64,000 nucleotides of DNA from Octopus vulgaris (GCA_951406725.2 OX597814.1:128216001-128280000), one strand, 5' to 3'. Shown: positions 13,477 through 27,904, counted from the stretch's first letter. Notes: generated from the letters alone by a model not told the origin. Translations and numbers: made by a program.

Positions 13477-14306
13477 GATGATGATTATGATGTATGTGTG
13501 TATTTCTTTTTGTATGTGTTTGACCCCACAACCTGTGTTGGTTTGCTTACATTCCTGTAACTTAGCAGTTTGGTAAAAGAGACTGATAGGATAAAAATAC
13601 CAGGCTTAAAAATAAATAAACAAACAAATAAATACTGGGGTCAATTCATTTGACTACAAATCTTTCAAAGCAGTGCTACAGCATGGCCACAATCTAATGA
13701 CTGAAACAAGTAAAAGATGTCTGTGTGTGTATATGTATGTATAATGTAGTGTTGATATCTCGTGATATCTGCATGGTAAGCAGTAATACAATCATCCAGC
13801 AAGCAATAAATACTTGATATGATGGTCCCTCCACACTTACAATTTATTTTTGACCACTTGAAGGTTTCATTAATTCTAAATTCATATGGAATCAAGACTC
13901 ACAATCGCCTAAATTAATGTGGTACCAACCAACAGATCAAGGAGTCAACATGTGTTGTTCTGACACTGGTTTTGTGTAGAATCTACCAGAAAAAACTAAT
14001 TAATCTACCTGGTTGCAATTTGGTTACATGGCAAATAGATATTATTGATCTAAGAAACACATATATTGAAAAGGTGTTAATAAATATTTGCTGAAATTAG
14101 ATGAAATCCTTATGAGCAAAACTTGCAAGTGACTGGTGTTTTAGTCATGAAGAGTGAAGGATCTAAAAAAACTTAACACCTTGAGAACTATGATAAATGA
14201 CAGAAATTTTCATTTGCTTTGGATGATAGAAAACAAAAACAAAAAATTAGTTACAAAATTTATAAAAAGTTAATTGAAATGTATATGCATACATCGTATG
14301 TGTGTA

Positions 14307-14341
<35 letters not shown>

Positions 14342-17086
14342 ATATAGTTTACAACATATTTAACAATGTTGGGCCTCACGGAGGCAATTGGCTGAGTTCT
14401 TTCGAGTGTTGAGCCTCACGGAGGCAATGACTAAGACCTTTGATATTATGTTGTGCTTGAGAAGACACATCAAGCCAAGCAAAATCACAGTCATGGCAAA
14501 TACCAGTGTTATGCGAATGGCATGTAAAAGCACCCAATACACTCTCGGAGTGGTTGGTATTAGGAAAGGCAACAAACCATAGAAAACTATGCCTGAGCAG
14601 ACAATAGAAGCTGGTGCAGCCTTCCAGCTTACCAGCCCTGGTCAAACCATCCAACCCATGCCAGCATGAACAAACGGACATTAAATGATGATTATGATGA
14701 TGATGATTTAGTTATAAATTTGTTTTAAAATCTCTTCACTCTTCAATTGCTTCCAGTCGCTTGAAATTTTCATCCTGTAGAAATGGCAACATATGTGAAG
14801 CAGTTATAGAAAAACATTACAAATAAATAAAATAAATAAATATATAAATGGTGAGTTCACATGCAAAATAATGTTAAGAGAAAAACTTGTTTTATTTAGT
14901 AACTTTAAATACTTTAATAATTATTTCAATAACTGTCTTAACAGGTTGATTCTTATAAAAATTTTAAACCACTCATCATTGTTGCTTACACATCAGCAAT
15001 AAGTAATTTTGACTCAGATGTTAAGCAATTAACCCAAATTAAATAAAATTAATTATAATAAAACATAATTTTTGCATTTAGTTTCATTACTGTGTCGGGA
15101 CACACTCACACACATGTATGCACATCATTGTTAACCTTTTAAACTCTAATTTTCTACATGGCCATGACTGGCCACAGACAGACTGCAGTGGAAGGAGTCC
15201 AGGGAGTAATGAAGCCCTGAATATTGGATTGGGTTGGATAGGTCTGCTACACACCATATTATCTTTTATCTCAATCTCATAATTTCATCAATGAGTCGCT
15301 GTCTTTTGACACATCAAATCTTCCTATTTTTCCCCACTTCTACGGTCAGCATATGGTACTCTTTTACTCAGCACTAGTCATCTATTTACATCAAATATTG
15401 GTTTCACATTTTGGCACATGGCCAGCAGTTTTGGGGGAGGGGCTAAGTTGATTATATCAACCCTAGTGCTCAACTGGTATTTATTTTGTTGACCCCAAAA
15501 GGATGAAAGGCAAAGCTGACTTTAGTGGAATTTGAACACAGAACCTAAAGACAAAGTATTTTGCCTGGTGTACTAAAGATTCTGCCAAATGGTTGCCTTA
15601 TTTACACCAAATATTAATGTCAATGAGTTATTTTTCCAACATAAATCATTTATCTTGATCCTTTCTCGACACTACCCCAACAACTCAATTCCTTACACTT
15701 ATCCCTCCTCAAATTTTCTATGTATTACTACTCACTCAGGTGTTGTAAATGACACCACATACCACCCACACACATACTTGACACTTCATGTTGTATCCAT
15801 ACTACTGTCCCTTGTCACTTCCTCCCTGATCCACTTCTGTTTCCTTCTTTTATTTCTCTTCCCTCAAATTGATATTCATTACATCCAAATAAATCTCTAA
15901 TCATCTGTCATACATTTCACTCAAGCACACCTACAGAAAGATAAACATTTCTGCTTATCTATCTTAATCTCTCTCACATGTTCACCTTGTACCTTGACCT
16001 CACATTTCTCTCTCTCTCCCCTGATGGAGAAGCCATGTTTTCACCTCTTCAGCAAGACACCTGCTCCTGTTCCTCTATCACTCTTTCATATCCCTCAATA
16101 CGTTACCCAACTCAGTTGAGGGGATAAATCTTTCAAGTGTTTAGTGACTACATCAATGCTGGTGTCACAAAACAAGTACTTAGTACACTCTGTGAAGTGG
16201 TCGGCATTAGGAAGAGCATCAGGCAACAGGAACCAGACCAAAACAGGCAGTGGAGATCAGTGCAGCTCTCTGGGTTATCAATTAATGTCCAACCATCTAA
16301 CCCATATCAGCATGGAGAAAGGGACGTTAAATGATGATGATAAGGAGGATGATACCATGAACTTACTTATTTTAATACCTAACTGGTCTTTTGTTACATT
16401 TGTGCTCTGCCTTTTTATATGGGTTAATAAAACACTTCCTACAGTTCAAACTTGCATCATTTCTTTCTAATTGATAAATCTTCCACATTCAATGTCCATA
16501 CCTAGCAACCATGTATTAATAGTATTACACTTCTTTTCATGTTTCATACAGTCTGAGCTTCATAAGAAGAGTGGACCTTGTGTTGCCAAAACACTCACCA
16601 GCACAGAGAACACATTACAGAACACATAACAGAACACATCACAGAACACCAGAGACACAGACACCAGATAAGTTTCCTCTGCCTTTACAAGTTAGGTAAA
16701 GGCTAATGTATTGATCTAATTAGGAAATACAAATGAAAATGAGTTTCCTTGTTTATACAAGCAATGAGTTGTTGAGGGAAATATGTGGAAGTAGTGAAGT
16801 TTAGCAATAATGGAATCTGTTAGTTACTTGATGTTTTTAGGAAGTATAATGGAAATGTGAAAAAAAAAAAAAAAAAAAAAGATGGAAACATTTCAAACAG
16901 AATCAATGAGGATGATGTTTTGCAAGATAATAAACTGCTGTGATATAAATGATGAGATGTTTAGGTTAAATATGTACTGAAAACTTCAATGTTTAAGACT
17001 TCCAAGTAAATTGTAAATAGATATAATAACCTTTTAATACACTATATGTTAGATGTAAAAATGAAATGGTACGATGATGATAACGA

Positions 17087-17136
<50 letters not shown>

Positions 17137-17150
17137 AAACTATATATATA

Positions 17151-17235
17151 TATCTGTAAATGTAATATGTGACAATTATTTGGTAGCCATGATAAAACTC
17201 TACCGAATAATTGTCACATATTACATTTACAGATA
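17151..17235. repeat. Hairpin (36-bp arms) after (TA)n; same family as 6072-6255
   Basis: tatctgtaaatgtaatatgtgacaattatttggtag / ctaccgaataattgtcacatattacatttacagata. Confidence 0.9.
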
Positions 17236-17502
17236 AATTCTTCCATTTACATAATATCAAGGTCTCTTTCTTTCTTTTGCTGTCTTACCATTTTATCAAT
17301 ATATATATACTCCTTTACTTGTTTCAGTCAGTTGACTGCGGCCATGCTGAAGCACCGCCTTTAATCGAGCAACTCGACCCCGGGACTTATTCTTTTGTAA
17401 GCCCAGTACTTATTCTATCGGTCTCTTTTTGCCGAACCGCTAAGTAACGGGGACATAAACACACCAGCATCGGTTGTCAAGCAATGCTAGGGGGACAAAC
17501 AC

Positions 17503-17546
<44 letters not shown>

Positions 17547-18650
17547 GACAGGCTTCTTTCAGTTTCTGTCTACCAAATCCACTCACAAGGCTTTGGTCGG
17601 CCCGCGGCTATAGCAGAAAACACTTGCCCAAGATGCCACGCAGTGAGACTGAACCTGGAACCATGTGGTTGGTTAGCAAGCTACTTACCACACAGCCACT
17701 CATACACACATATATACATATATAGGATAAGTATTTTAGTTCAGAATATTTCATACTTCTTATTCTCTTGATGCAGATTATTAACAATCTGCTACCTTCT
17801 CATATTCTCCTACCCAAGTTAAGTTGCTACTTTCTTCTCTTCACTTCTACTAAGCTTATGTTTTTATTTCATATAATTCCATATAATGTAACACTTATTG
17901 AGGCTGCTTTCAAGCTTGAGTCCTTTTCCACCAACAGAACTGACTGAGTGATTAAGTATAGTAAATTTTCTCAATTTGAAGAAAGCTATATTTGAATAAG
18001 CTTTCTGTGAGTGTTCCTCCCTATATGTTCTAACTGTACAGCTCGAATTCACCAATTGCAAATTCATGATGGAGTATATTTGTGTGCCTTTAGGCGCACA
18101 ATCAATTGCTTTGCTTTTTCATTTTTTTTTTCATTAGTAGTTAGAACAAAGTAAAATCCAATTTTGAGATCAGACTAAAACCCATTCATATCACACAACT
18201 CCAGGATCCTGGCTCACTCTTCAATAGTTATGCCCTGTCTATAGCTAGTTTATTTTCTTGCAAAAGAAAATCAAATGTGGAGTTAGACAGTATAGTGCAT
18301 ATGTGTGTGTGTCCATAACAAACACATACACATTCACAAATACAGGTAAATAAGTTGATAGAAAGACAGAGACGTAGTGGGAGAGCTATACAAACATGGA
18401 TGTGCATATATGAATATAATCTGATATCAAACATAGGATATCAGTCCAGATTTGTTTAAACTGTAGACAGAACTCCTTCTTAGTGTTGCCTTCACTGAAA
18501 CAAAGGAAAAATAAGAACAAAATTGTGTTACTATCAACATGTATTCTCTGGGCAGCTGATTGATGTTTCAGTACCAGAAGAGTCAAGTCATAATCTACCA
18601 GCTCTCTCTCTGAGACATGTCAGTCCTCCAGCTATAGTTATTGAGCCATG

Positions 18651-18685
<35 letters not shown>

Positions 18686-18738
18686 CATATATATACACAT
18701 ACATACATATATACACATACATACATACATATATACAC

Positions 18739-18782
<44 letters not shown>

Positions 18783-19341
18783 TCATCATCATCATCATTT
18801 AGTGTCTGCTAGATGGTTTGACTGGAACTGGTAAGCCAGAGAGCTGCATCAAGCTCCAGTTTGATTTGACATGGTTTCTATGGCCAGATGACCTTGATGC
18901 CAACCACTCCAAGAGTGTAATGGGTGTTTTTTTATGTGCAACCAGCACAGGAGCTTTTATGTGCCACTAGCATGGGTATCAGTTACATGACACTGACATT
19001 GGCCCCACAACTACAATTTCACTTGGCTTGACAAGTCTTCTCAAGCACAGCATATCACTAAAGGTCTTGGTCATCTGTCATCGCCTCCATGAGGCCCAAT
19101 ATTTGAAGATCGTATTATATATATACTTTTCTACTCTAGGCACAAGGCTCAAAATTTTGGGGGAGGGGGCCAGTCGATTACATTGACCCCAGTATGCAAC
19201 TGGTACTTAATTTATTGACCCTGAAAGGATGAAAGGGAAAGTCGACCTCGGAGGAATTTGAACTCAGAACGTAAAGACAGACGAAATACTGCTAAGCATT
19301 ATGCCCAGCGTGCTAACGTTTCTGCCAGCTCACCACCTTTC

Positions 19342-19385
<44 letters not shown>

Positions 19386-20634
19386 AGTAATTATTTATGT
19401 AGGGACAAGTCACCTTCCTTTATAGTTTCATTGATCATGCATGCAAACCTAAAGTCTCCACTGTAAGCAACGTGACTTATAATAGATAAAGGCATGACTG
19501 TGTTGTTAAGAGGTTAGCATCATAATTACATAGTTTTGGGTTGAATCCCACAGCATGACACCTTTTATGAGTGTCTTCTACCATAGCCTTAGGCTGACTG
19601 ATGCTTTGTGAGTGGAATTTGATAAACAGAAACTGTGTGGGAAGGACCATTCCTGTTCTCAGTTTAACACTACTAAATAGTCCTTAGGTACCTTTAACAG
19701 AGTCCACTGGCTTACTGTGTTGCAAACATTCAGGTTAGGTTTCCAGTCTGAAAATAACTTCCTTTTTTACTAGTCTAAGAAGCCCTGAAAAGTCTTGGAT
19801 TCTGCCTTTCCTAGTCTGATAAAACTATCAAAAAACACAATAGTATTCAAGAAACCTCTACAGTTTTAAGAGGTGAGACCAGCTCTTCTTAACAATGTTT
19901 AACAAAGCACATTGCAACTGAAGTGATAACTCAAGAAAAGTTGTTACATAATACATGACAATATGAAAGCAAACATGAATTTAATGATAATGATGATGAT
20001 GATGATGACGGTGAAGTGGAAGAAGAGTAAAATAAAGAACAAGCTGAAAAGAGGTTTCTGCTTCTGTCACTGATCCTAACATTGATGATGAGTAAAATAA
20101 TGATGATGATGATGATAACCACCATCAGCATCATCATAAGGCTTGGATGTCATTGTCATCTTAAGGTTATGTCAACAACCATTCAAATGATATCATATGA
20201 ATGATGTTAAGGATTAGAGAGAATGAAAATAAGAATAAATGAGTAGAGAACTGTTGTTTGTGTGTGTCTGAGAGAGAAAGACAGGAAAGCGAGAAACAAA
20301 GAGAGGAAGACAAACAATGAATTACATATAATAATGGCTGTTGTGAAGGGAGAAATGGGATGAGATGGGTGGTCATGTACTGAAGAAAGGATAGAAGTGA
20401 GTGGGTGAAATGAGGAATGTAAAAGGAAAAAGAGGAAAAGGAAGACTGAGAAAGACATAGCTGAAGATGTGGAGGAGGGAATGAGGACAAGGCAGTTGAT
20501 AAAGAAGGGTGGGCAAAATGGAAAAGATGACTGACACGAGACCCACATGGCTAATCCCTGCTTTTGAAATACTTGTTACAGGTGTTAGAGATCAGGTGAT
20601 GATCAATTGATCAACAACAATATTTTGAGACTAG

Positions 20635-20671
<37 letters not shown>

Positions 20672-20760
20672 TTAAAATGAGGGTGAAAAATTGGATATTA
20701 ATTTGATAACATCAAATTTAACACCAGTGGTCTAGCATATAAAAAACTGAGGTTCAGTAA

Positions 20761-21169
20761 ATAGTATTACATACATACAAGAGGGAATTTACCACTATTT
20801 GGAAACCCTTATGCTAGAAGAAGATCTGCTATGGTCTTACCACTAAGAATTGTTCTCTGGAAAATTTAGCAAACATCAGAAACGTAAGTCTGGTGTGTAG
20901 TTCTGCAAATTATATTTGTGTAGATGATCATACTGAAGATCTACAGATAAATTATGTAAGTAAAATTACGTAATTTGTTGATAGTGAAACATTTGTTTAT
21001 GATTAATCTATATTTTTGTTACTTTTCATTTGTCTTGCTCGCTTACGTTTCTGGTGTTTGCTAAATTTTCTAGAGAACAATTCTTAGTGGTAAGACCATA
21101 GCGGATCTTCTTCTAGCATAAGGGTTTCCATATAGTGGTAAATTCCCTCTTATATGTATGTAATATTAT
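20761..21169. repeat. Inverted repeat (~128-bp arms) enclosing a hammerhead motif
   Basis: 20761-20888 vs 21042-21169 reverse-complementary; module bounded by (TA)n at ~20640 and ~21170. Confidence 0.93.
20927..21003 (+). ncRNA. Type I hammerhead ribozyme motif with long stem II
   Basis: atcata CTGAAGA t[cta..aaattatgtaa/ttacgtaattt..tag]t GAAA c-attt-GTT tatgat; stem I atcata/tatgat. Confidence 0.7.
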
Positions 21170-21173
21170 ATAC

Positions 21174-21206
<33 letters not shown>

Positions 21207-21306
21207 AATAATAATAAAGGGTAAAATTGATTAATCAATTAATAATTAATAATTTTACCAAGTAGTTCGGTATGTTCAAAGAATCATTATCGGTAACCTT
21301 ATACAA

Positions 21307-21550
21307 AAATTCTATAATCATAAGCATAATTATAATTAGGGTTCAGCAAAATTGCTTCAACACATACCGAAATTTAGAAATAGCAGTTAAAATACTATTC
21401 CACTACCATAAGATATCTCCCAGATAGCAATACTCCCAACTCTATCTTATGGTAGTGGAATAGTATTTAACTGCTATTTCTAAATTTCAGTATGTGGTGA
21501 AGCAATTTTGCTGAACCCTAATTATAATTATGCTTATAATTATAGAATTT
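21307..21550. repeat. Inverted repeat (~108-bp arms, 27-nt loop) in a (TA)n-bounded module
   Basis: 21307-21415 vs 21443-21550. Confidence 0.93.
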
Positions 21551-21915
21551 ATATACATATATATATATATTATAATTATAAACTAACGTAAACATGAAAG
21601 AGATCAACTCTTTGCTGATAAAGGATCACCAGACTGTAGTATTAAGTGTTTCTCCTCACAAAATACAAACAAAAACAGTAACACTAAACACAACTTTCAG
21701 AAAGCGAAGACTATTTAGGCTACTGGTAAAAAAAAATAAAATAAAAAGAGCAGTAAACTACCATATTTTCTTAAGCTGAGAGTTGCAGAACAATAATTAA
21801 AGTAGACACTAAATACTGTTTTTAGTGTGGTTAAAAAACAAAAACATTAAATAAAATTTTTGTTACAATAATTATCAAATTAAAGATTTATTAATAAATG
21901 AAGAGAGTGACCTAC

Positions 21916-22002
21916 CTCTTTCTTTAAGGCCTTTGTTAAAGTTGCGTTGTACGAAAAATAGCTCAATCATTAATAAAGCCCAAACGGACAATGCTATGGT
22001 AA
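21916..22002 (-). CDS. TM-protein exon: (V)TIALSVWALLMIELFFVQRNFNKGLKER
   Basis: Acceptor attttcag, donor GAG|gtaggt; 87 bp, phase 1 to 1; NFxKGLK motif after last helix. Confidence 0.92.
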
Positions 22003-22084
22003 CTGAAAATGGATAATATTTCTTTTATAAAAAAATGACAACCACATGATAATGCTCAAAGTAAATATAACATATTCCATAGTG

Positions 22085-22301
22085 CTGTAAATAATAATAA
22101 TATTATTTTATAAGCTTAAAGCTTATAAGTGATTACCATGCAGTGACTAAAGAAAATAGTCTAATAATGGGGCATATAAGCCCTTGATGGAAAAAAGTAG
22201 GTTATCCTGCATGCCCCATTATTAGATTATTTTCTTTAGTCATAGCATGATGATTGCTTATAAGCTTTAAGCTTGTAAAATATTATTATTATTATTCACA
22301 G
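22085..22301. repeat. Inverted repeat (~90-bp arms) ~80 nt from an exon acceptor
   Basis: 22085-22175 vs 22211-22301, e.g. gactaaagaaaatagtctaataatggggcat / atgccccattattagattattttctttagtc. Confidence 0.88.
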
Positions 22302-23626
22302 AATTGTAAAAAATTGATGCTGCTGAACAAAAACCATTACAGAAAATATTCTATAGTAGTTTATGACTGAATATTTGATTAAAAGTAACAAATACTGATG
22401 ATTAAACAGATTCATTCCTATTATATCTGTGTCACATTATTGATGGCTTTTTAATTAGAATTATAACAGTTTAATATATTAGTAAACTAACTGAAAAAAG
22501 ACTGAAAAAATGTCAAACTCGTAAAAAACACCATTTGAGCATGGCTATTGCTAGTACCGCCTGACTGGCCCTCGTGCCAGTGGAATGTAAAAGCACCCAC
22601 TACACTCTCAGAGTGGTTGGCGTTAGGAAGGGCATCCAGCTGTAGAAACACTGCCAGATCAGATTGGAGCCTGGTGCAACCATCTGGTTCGCCAGTCCTC
22701 AGTCAAATCGTCCAACCTATGCTAGCATGGAAAGCGGACGTTAAATGATGATGATGATGATAGATTGAAAATACAATGATATTATGACCATTCGATTTAA
22801 ATTTTCACAACTTTATTGATCTCTACTTAGAATCATAGATGTACCTATGGGCTTTATACTGCAAAAAGATTCTTCTGATCTTAACTAGGAACCAAGCACT
22901 GCCATTTGGCTTTCATAAAAATGTTACCTCAGTCTTTAATATTAGTGATTCCCTACTGGGGCTTCACAAAATCCTCTTTAAGGGTTTTGTAATAAGTATC
23001 AATAAGCAAAAATTGTAGTCCCTATACAAACCTTAAAATTCTGCTGATCCATTATAACAACAACAAAAATCCTTTCTACTATGGGCACAAGGCCTAAAAT
23101 TTTGTGGGGAAGGGTTAAGTCGATTACATTAACCACAGTGCTCAACTGGTATTTATTTCATCAACCCTGAAAGGATGAATGGCAAAGCTGATCTTGGTGG
23201 AATTTCAATGTAAAGACAGACGAAATGCCACTAAGCATTTTGCCTGGTGTACTAATGATTCTGTCACCTTTCCAATGGTTTCAAATTTTGGCACATGGCC
23301 AGGAATTTTAGTGGGAGTGAGTTAGGTGATTACATCAACCTCCAGTGCTTAACTTTTACATTTTATTTTACTGATCCTGAAATGATGAAAGGTAAAGTCT
23401 GTCTTGGTGGAATTTGAAGTCAGAACATAAGGAGTCAGAAGAAATGTTGCTAAGCATTTTGTCCAACATGTTAATGATCTTATCAGCACACCACATCAAA
23501 TAATAATAATAGTTTAAAATAACAACAACAGCATCAACAACTAATAATAATGATAATAATAGTAATCCTTTCTACTATAGGCACAAAGCCTGAAATTTGG
23601 GGGGAGGGGGCCAGTCGATGAGATAC

Positions 23627-24350
23627 TGAAATCTATTTGAAAATGATACCAGGATTACCATCCCTACAGGAAGTGCAAAAAATCGTGTTAACTGGAACGA
23701 CTCATGTACTGAGAAGAGCATTATCAATGTGAAAACAATATTCATTCATGAATTTATTAATTAATTTTTTTTATATACATATTTTACCTGTGAATTTGCA
23801 TGTGTAACCTGGGAATGCATACAATGAGCTTCTCTGCCCTAGGTGTACAGAAAACACTCGGCGAGAAACAAAAGAAAATTTTAAGAAAGAAGGAAAAAAA
23901 AAAAATAATAATAATCAACCATGCTCTATGATATACCAATACATATGACTAGATATTGTTGTCAAGGACCACCAAGAAATAGAAAATATCTGCTAATCCA
24001 GCAGATGACATTGTATCTCTAAAAGAAATGGAGAAACTGTGGAAATACAAATATTAGGAATAGAGATAACATGACCGTGGAGCACAAAAGCAAAAATAAT
24101 CACTTTAATAATAGGTGATTAGGGACTGATCAAAAAACATACAGACAAATACATAGCCCAAACACCAGGACTTATATGTAACATGCAGAAAACAGCACTG
24201 CTTGATACTGTACACATCTTACATAAACCACTTTTGGTAGAGTAAAAATAACACCACCAAAACAAATCATGTGCATATTCAAGGTGCACAGAGCTCTACT
24301 CAGTAGTGTAGTGAAAGCTCACAATAAAAATAAGACTACTGAATAATAAT
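23627..24350 (+). mobile_element. Two adjacent 3' fragments of R4/Dong-like RLE non-LTR retrotransposons
   Basis: YLKMIPGLPSLQEVQKIVLTGTTHVLRRALSM* (23630-23732), then a degenerate DIVVKD..KEMEKL..MQKTALL; AAT-rich tails. Confidence 0.7.
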
Positions 24351-26185
24351 TCTTTCAAATTTTGGCACTGAGCCAACAGGGCTCATTGGTACTTATTTTA
24401 TCAAACCATGACAGAATTTGAACTCAGAATGTGGAGAGGCATAGGAGAGGCTGTGCGGTAAGTAGCTTGCTTATGAACCAAATGGCACCTTGGGCAATTG
24501 TCTTCTACTATAGCCTCGGGCCAACCATGTGAGTGGATTTGGTAGACGGAAACTGAAAGAAGCCCGTCGTATATATGTATATATATATATATGTGTGTGT
24601 GAGTGTATATGTTTGTGTATCTGTATTTGTCCCCCCAACATCACTTGACAACCGATGCTGGTGTGTTTACATCCCTGTAACTCAGCAGTTTGGTGAAAGA
24701 GACCGATAGAATAACTACTAGGCTTACAAAGAATAAGTCCTGGGGTTGATTTGCTCAACTAAAAGTGGGGCTCCAGCATGGCCACAGTCAAACGAGTAAA
24801 AGAGTAAAGAGTATGGAAGAAATGCCACTTAATATTTTATCCAACACATGATTCTACCAGCTTGCTGCCATAGACTACTGAAATCATATTTTCTAATATA
24901 AGCATCAGAGTATATATTTTTAGCTGGGAGAAAACAGTGAATTAAATCACTACTTAGTACTATACTCTTTTTAAACATATTTTTATTAGTTTGGTTTGGA
25001 GAAAGAGGCCCTTAGCCTTTGCAAGTCATCTAAGACCTTTATTTTATCAACTTCAGAAGAACAGGAAGAGGCCTTTGAACTTAGAACTTTGAATTCAGAA
25101 TGTAAAGATATCTAATGATCTATAAGATATTTTGACCAGTATTTTATCAATTCTGTCACTTAACCAAATAATACTATCAACCCCAACAGATAACAATGTA
25201 TCTCTAAAAAAAGAAAGGGAAAATTATCTAAAAGAACGCAGACATGGCTGTGTGGTAAAAAGTTTGCTTCCTATCCACATGGTTCTGGGTTCAGTCCCAC
25301 TGCATGGCACACTAAGCAAGTAGTGTCTTCTACTATAGCCTTGTGAAAAGATTTGGTAGGTGGAAAATAAAAGAAGCCCATTATGTATGTGTGTGTGTGT
25401 ATGAGTGTATGTATGTCTTTCTCTTTGGCTCTGTGTTTGTGTCATCCACCACTGCCATTTGACAACTGGTGCTAGTGTGTTTACATATTCATAATTTAGC
25501 AGTTCAGCAAAAAGAGACTGATAGAATAAATATCAGGCTTTAAAAAATAGGTACTGGGGTCAATTTATTTGACTAAAAGTTCCTCGATGTGGTACCCTAG
25601 CATAACTCCAGTCTAATGAGTGAAATGAGTAAAAGATAAATGATATTATTCTGCCAGTCCACCATCCTATTGCTCCTGTATTTTATTGACCCCAGAAAGA
25701 CAAACGGCTAAGTTATTGCTGGTGTGAAGGGAGATGATGGGTACAGTTTTAAGTTTATTTGTTTGTTGTAAAATTTGTAAGGGGATGATTGAAAGGATGA
25801 GTAACTATAAAGCTTGTCTGGTAAATAGCAGGAAAACATGACTGTGAAATAATTTGCCTATGTAATAGAGCTGTGTTAATGTACAGTATAACATAACAGA
25901 CACCGCTATTTAACAAGTAATATTGGTTTCAAATTTTGGAACAAGGCCAGAAATTTCGGGATAGGGAGTACATCAACCCCAGTGCTCAACTGGTACTTAT
26001 CAATCCCCAGTAGGATGAAAGGTAAAGTTGACATCAGTAGATTTTGAACTCAGAATGTAAAGGCAGATGAAACGCCACAAAGCCTTTTGCCTGATTCTGC
26101 CAGCTCTCTGCTTTAACAAGTGTAATATTATAATATAAATGAGATATCAGTGTTATATCAGAGGGATATATCTATGTTTATATAC

Positions 26186-26267
26186 CTGAAGTCAGTATAC
26201 AGTAAATCATAAACTTTTCAGTAAGTTCATTGGTGTTGGGTTGTAAGTTTGATAAATGGATGTAAAG
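26186..26267 (-). CDS. TM-protein exon: LYIHLSNLQPNTNELTEKFMIYCILTS
   Basis: Acceptor tcttctttttcag, donor CAG|gtatat; 82 bp, phase 0 to 1, bridges the flanking exons. Confidence 0.85.
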
Positions 26268-26574
26268 CTGAAAAAGAAGAAAACAAAACATAAACGAAAC
26301 AAACAAAAGCAAAACAAAACAAAAGAAGGAGCATTAAGAATTTTAAAAAAAAGCACAAAACTGGTTCTAAATCTTGTTAAATTTCTTCCAGCCATCTCAA
26401 ATATCCACCTGAATATTTTCACAAGATATACTAATTGTTCATGTCATAAGGGATCATAGCATTCATGAGTTCTATCTTAGCTTTTGCATTTCTGCCTGCT
26501 TGGCATTTGATAATAAAGAAAACTAAACTATTCAAAATTATAAATTCTTCAGAAAATATGAAAACAAAAATCTG

Positions 26575-27580
26575 AAAATGTTTTCCTTCTATAAAAATGG
26601 TTTCAAACATTGACACAAGGTCAGAAATTTCTCAGAGAGAAAACAGCCAATTGTGTTGGCAGCCCCAGGATTTGAATGGTACATCATTTTACTGCCCTCA
26701 GCAGGATTTGAACTCTGAACATAAAAGCACATATCTCAATACTGGTAGACATTTTGCCTATCACACAACATATTCTGCTGGTCCACTTCCTGTAATAATT
26801 GTTACTATTATAGGTACAAGGCCAGAAATTTGGGGAAGGCAGTCAATTATATTGACCCCAGTACTTGACTGATACTTTATTTTATTGAACCTGAAAGGAT
26901 CAAAGCAAAGTTGAACTCAGCAGGGTTTGAACTCTGAACATAAAGCACTGGAAAAAATATACTGCAGGGTATTTTTTTATGACAACTCTTACATTCCCAC
27001 CATCTTCCACTACTCAAAGATATTATTTCTAACTTTGGTACAAGTCCAGCAATTTTCGAAGTGCAGGGGTCAGTTGATTAAATCAACCCCGGTACTTGAC
27101 CTTCATTTTATTGTCACTGGAAGGATGAAAGACAAAGTTGACATTGGCAGGATTTGAAATCAGAATGTTAAAGGCTAGAACAAATACCACAAGGCAATTT
27201 TTCTCATACTCTACTGATTCTGTCAATCTAATGCCCTCACTGCCCTTAAAATTAATTTTTGATTTAGGTCCAAGGCTAACAATGCTGAGGGTAGAGGAGC
27301 AGTCAACACCATTGCCTTTGGTACTTGACTGGTACTTTATTTTATTGACCTCAAAAGGATGAAAAGCAAAGTTAATTTTAGTGGGATTTGAACTCACTGC
27401 CCATATTAACAATGGTTTCAAATTTTGGCACAAGGCCAGCAGTTTTGAGATTGGTGTTCGGCTGATATCATCATCCCTAGTACTTGGCTGACACCTCATT
27501 TTATAGAGCCCAGAGGGATGAGAGGCAAAGCTGACCCTAGTGGAATTTGAACTCAGAATATGAGTTGCAAGAAGTACCAC
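26575..27580 (-). mobile_element. Head-to-tail cluster of degenerate Nin/Deu-domain SINE fragments
   Basis: Repeated ggtttcaaattttggcacaaggcc...ggatgaaaggcaaagttgac...gaatttgaactcagaa blocks. Confidence 0.8.
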
Positions 27581-27904
27581 CTGTCCAATCCTCTCATACT
27601 ACTACTACTACTACTACAAACTTATCTAAACTTTGACATAATTTCATTATAACTGATCTTGAACACTTAGATATACAATTAACCAGCAATGTTTTATGAG
27701 CAAGCCATTCCTTATTTTTGAAACCTATATTTGAAACAAAATATATTTTAATTTAGGCGACCCTAATCTGAAATCTATCAAAATGTTTCTATTTCCTTAA
27801 TGAGATTATTTAGCCTGACTATGAACAAACAACTGTTTATATAAATATTATATATTTCTATTTCCCTTTTCTGATGATAGTTATGATAACAATATTTCTT
27901 TATA

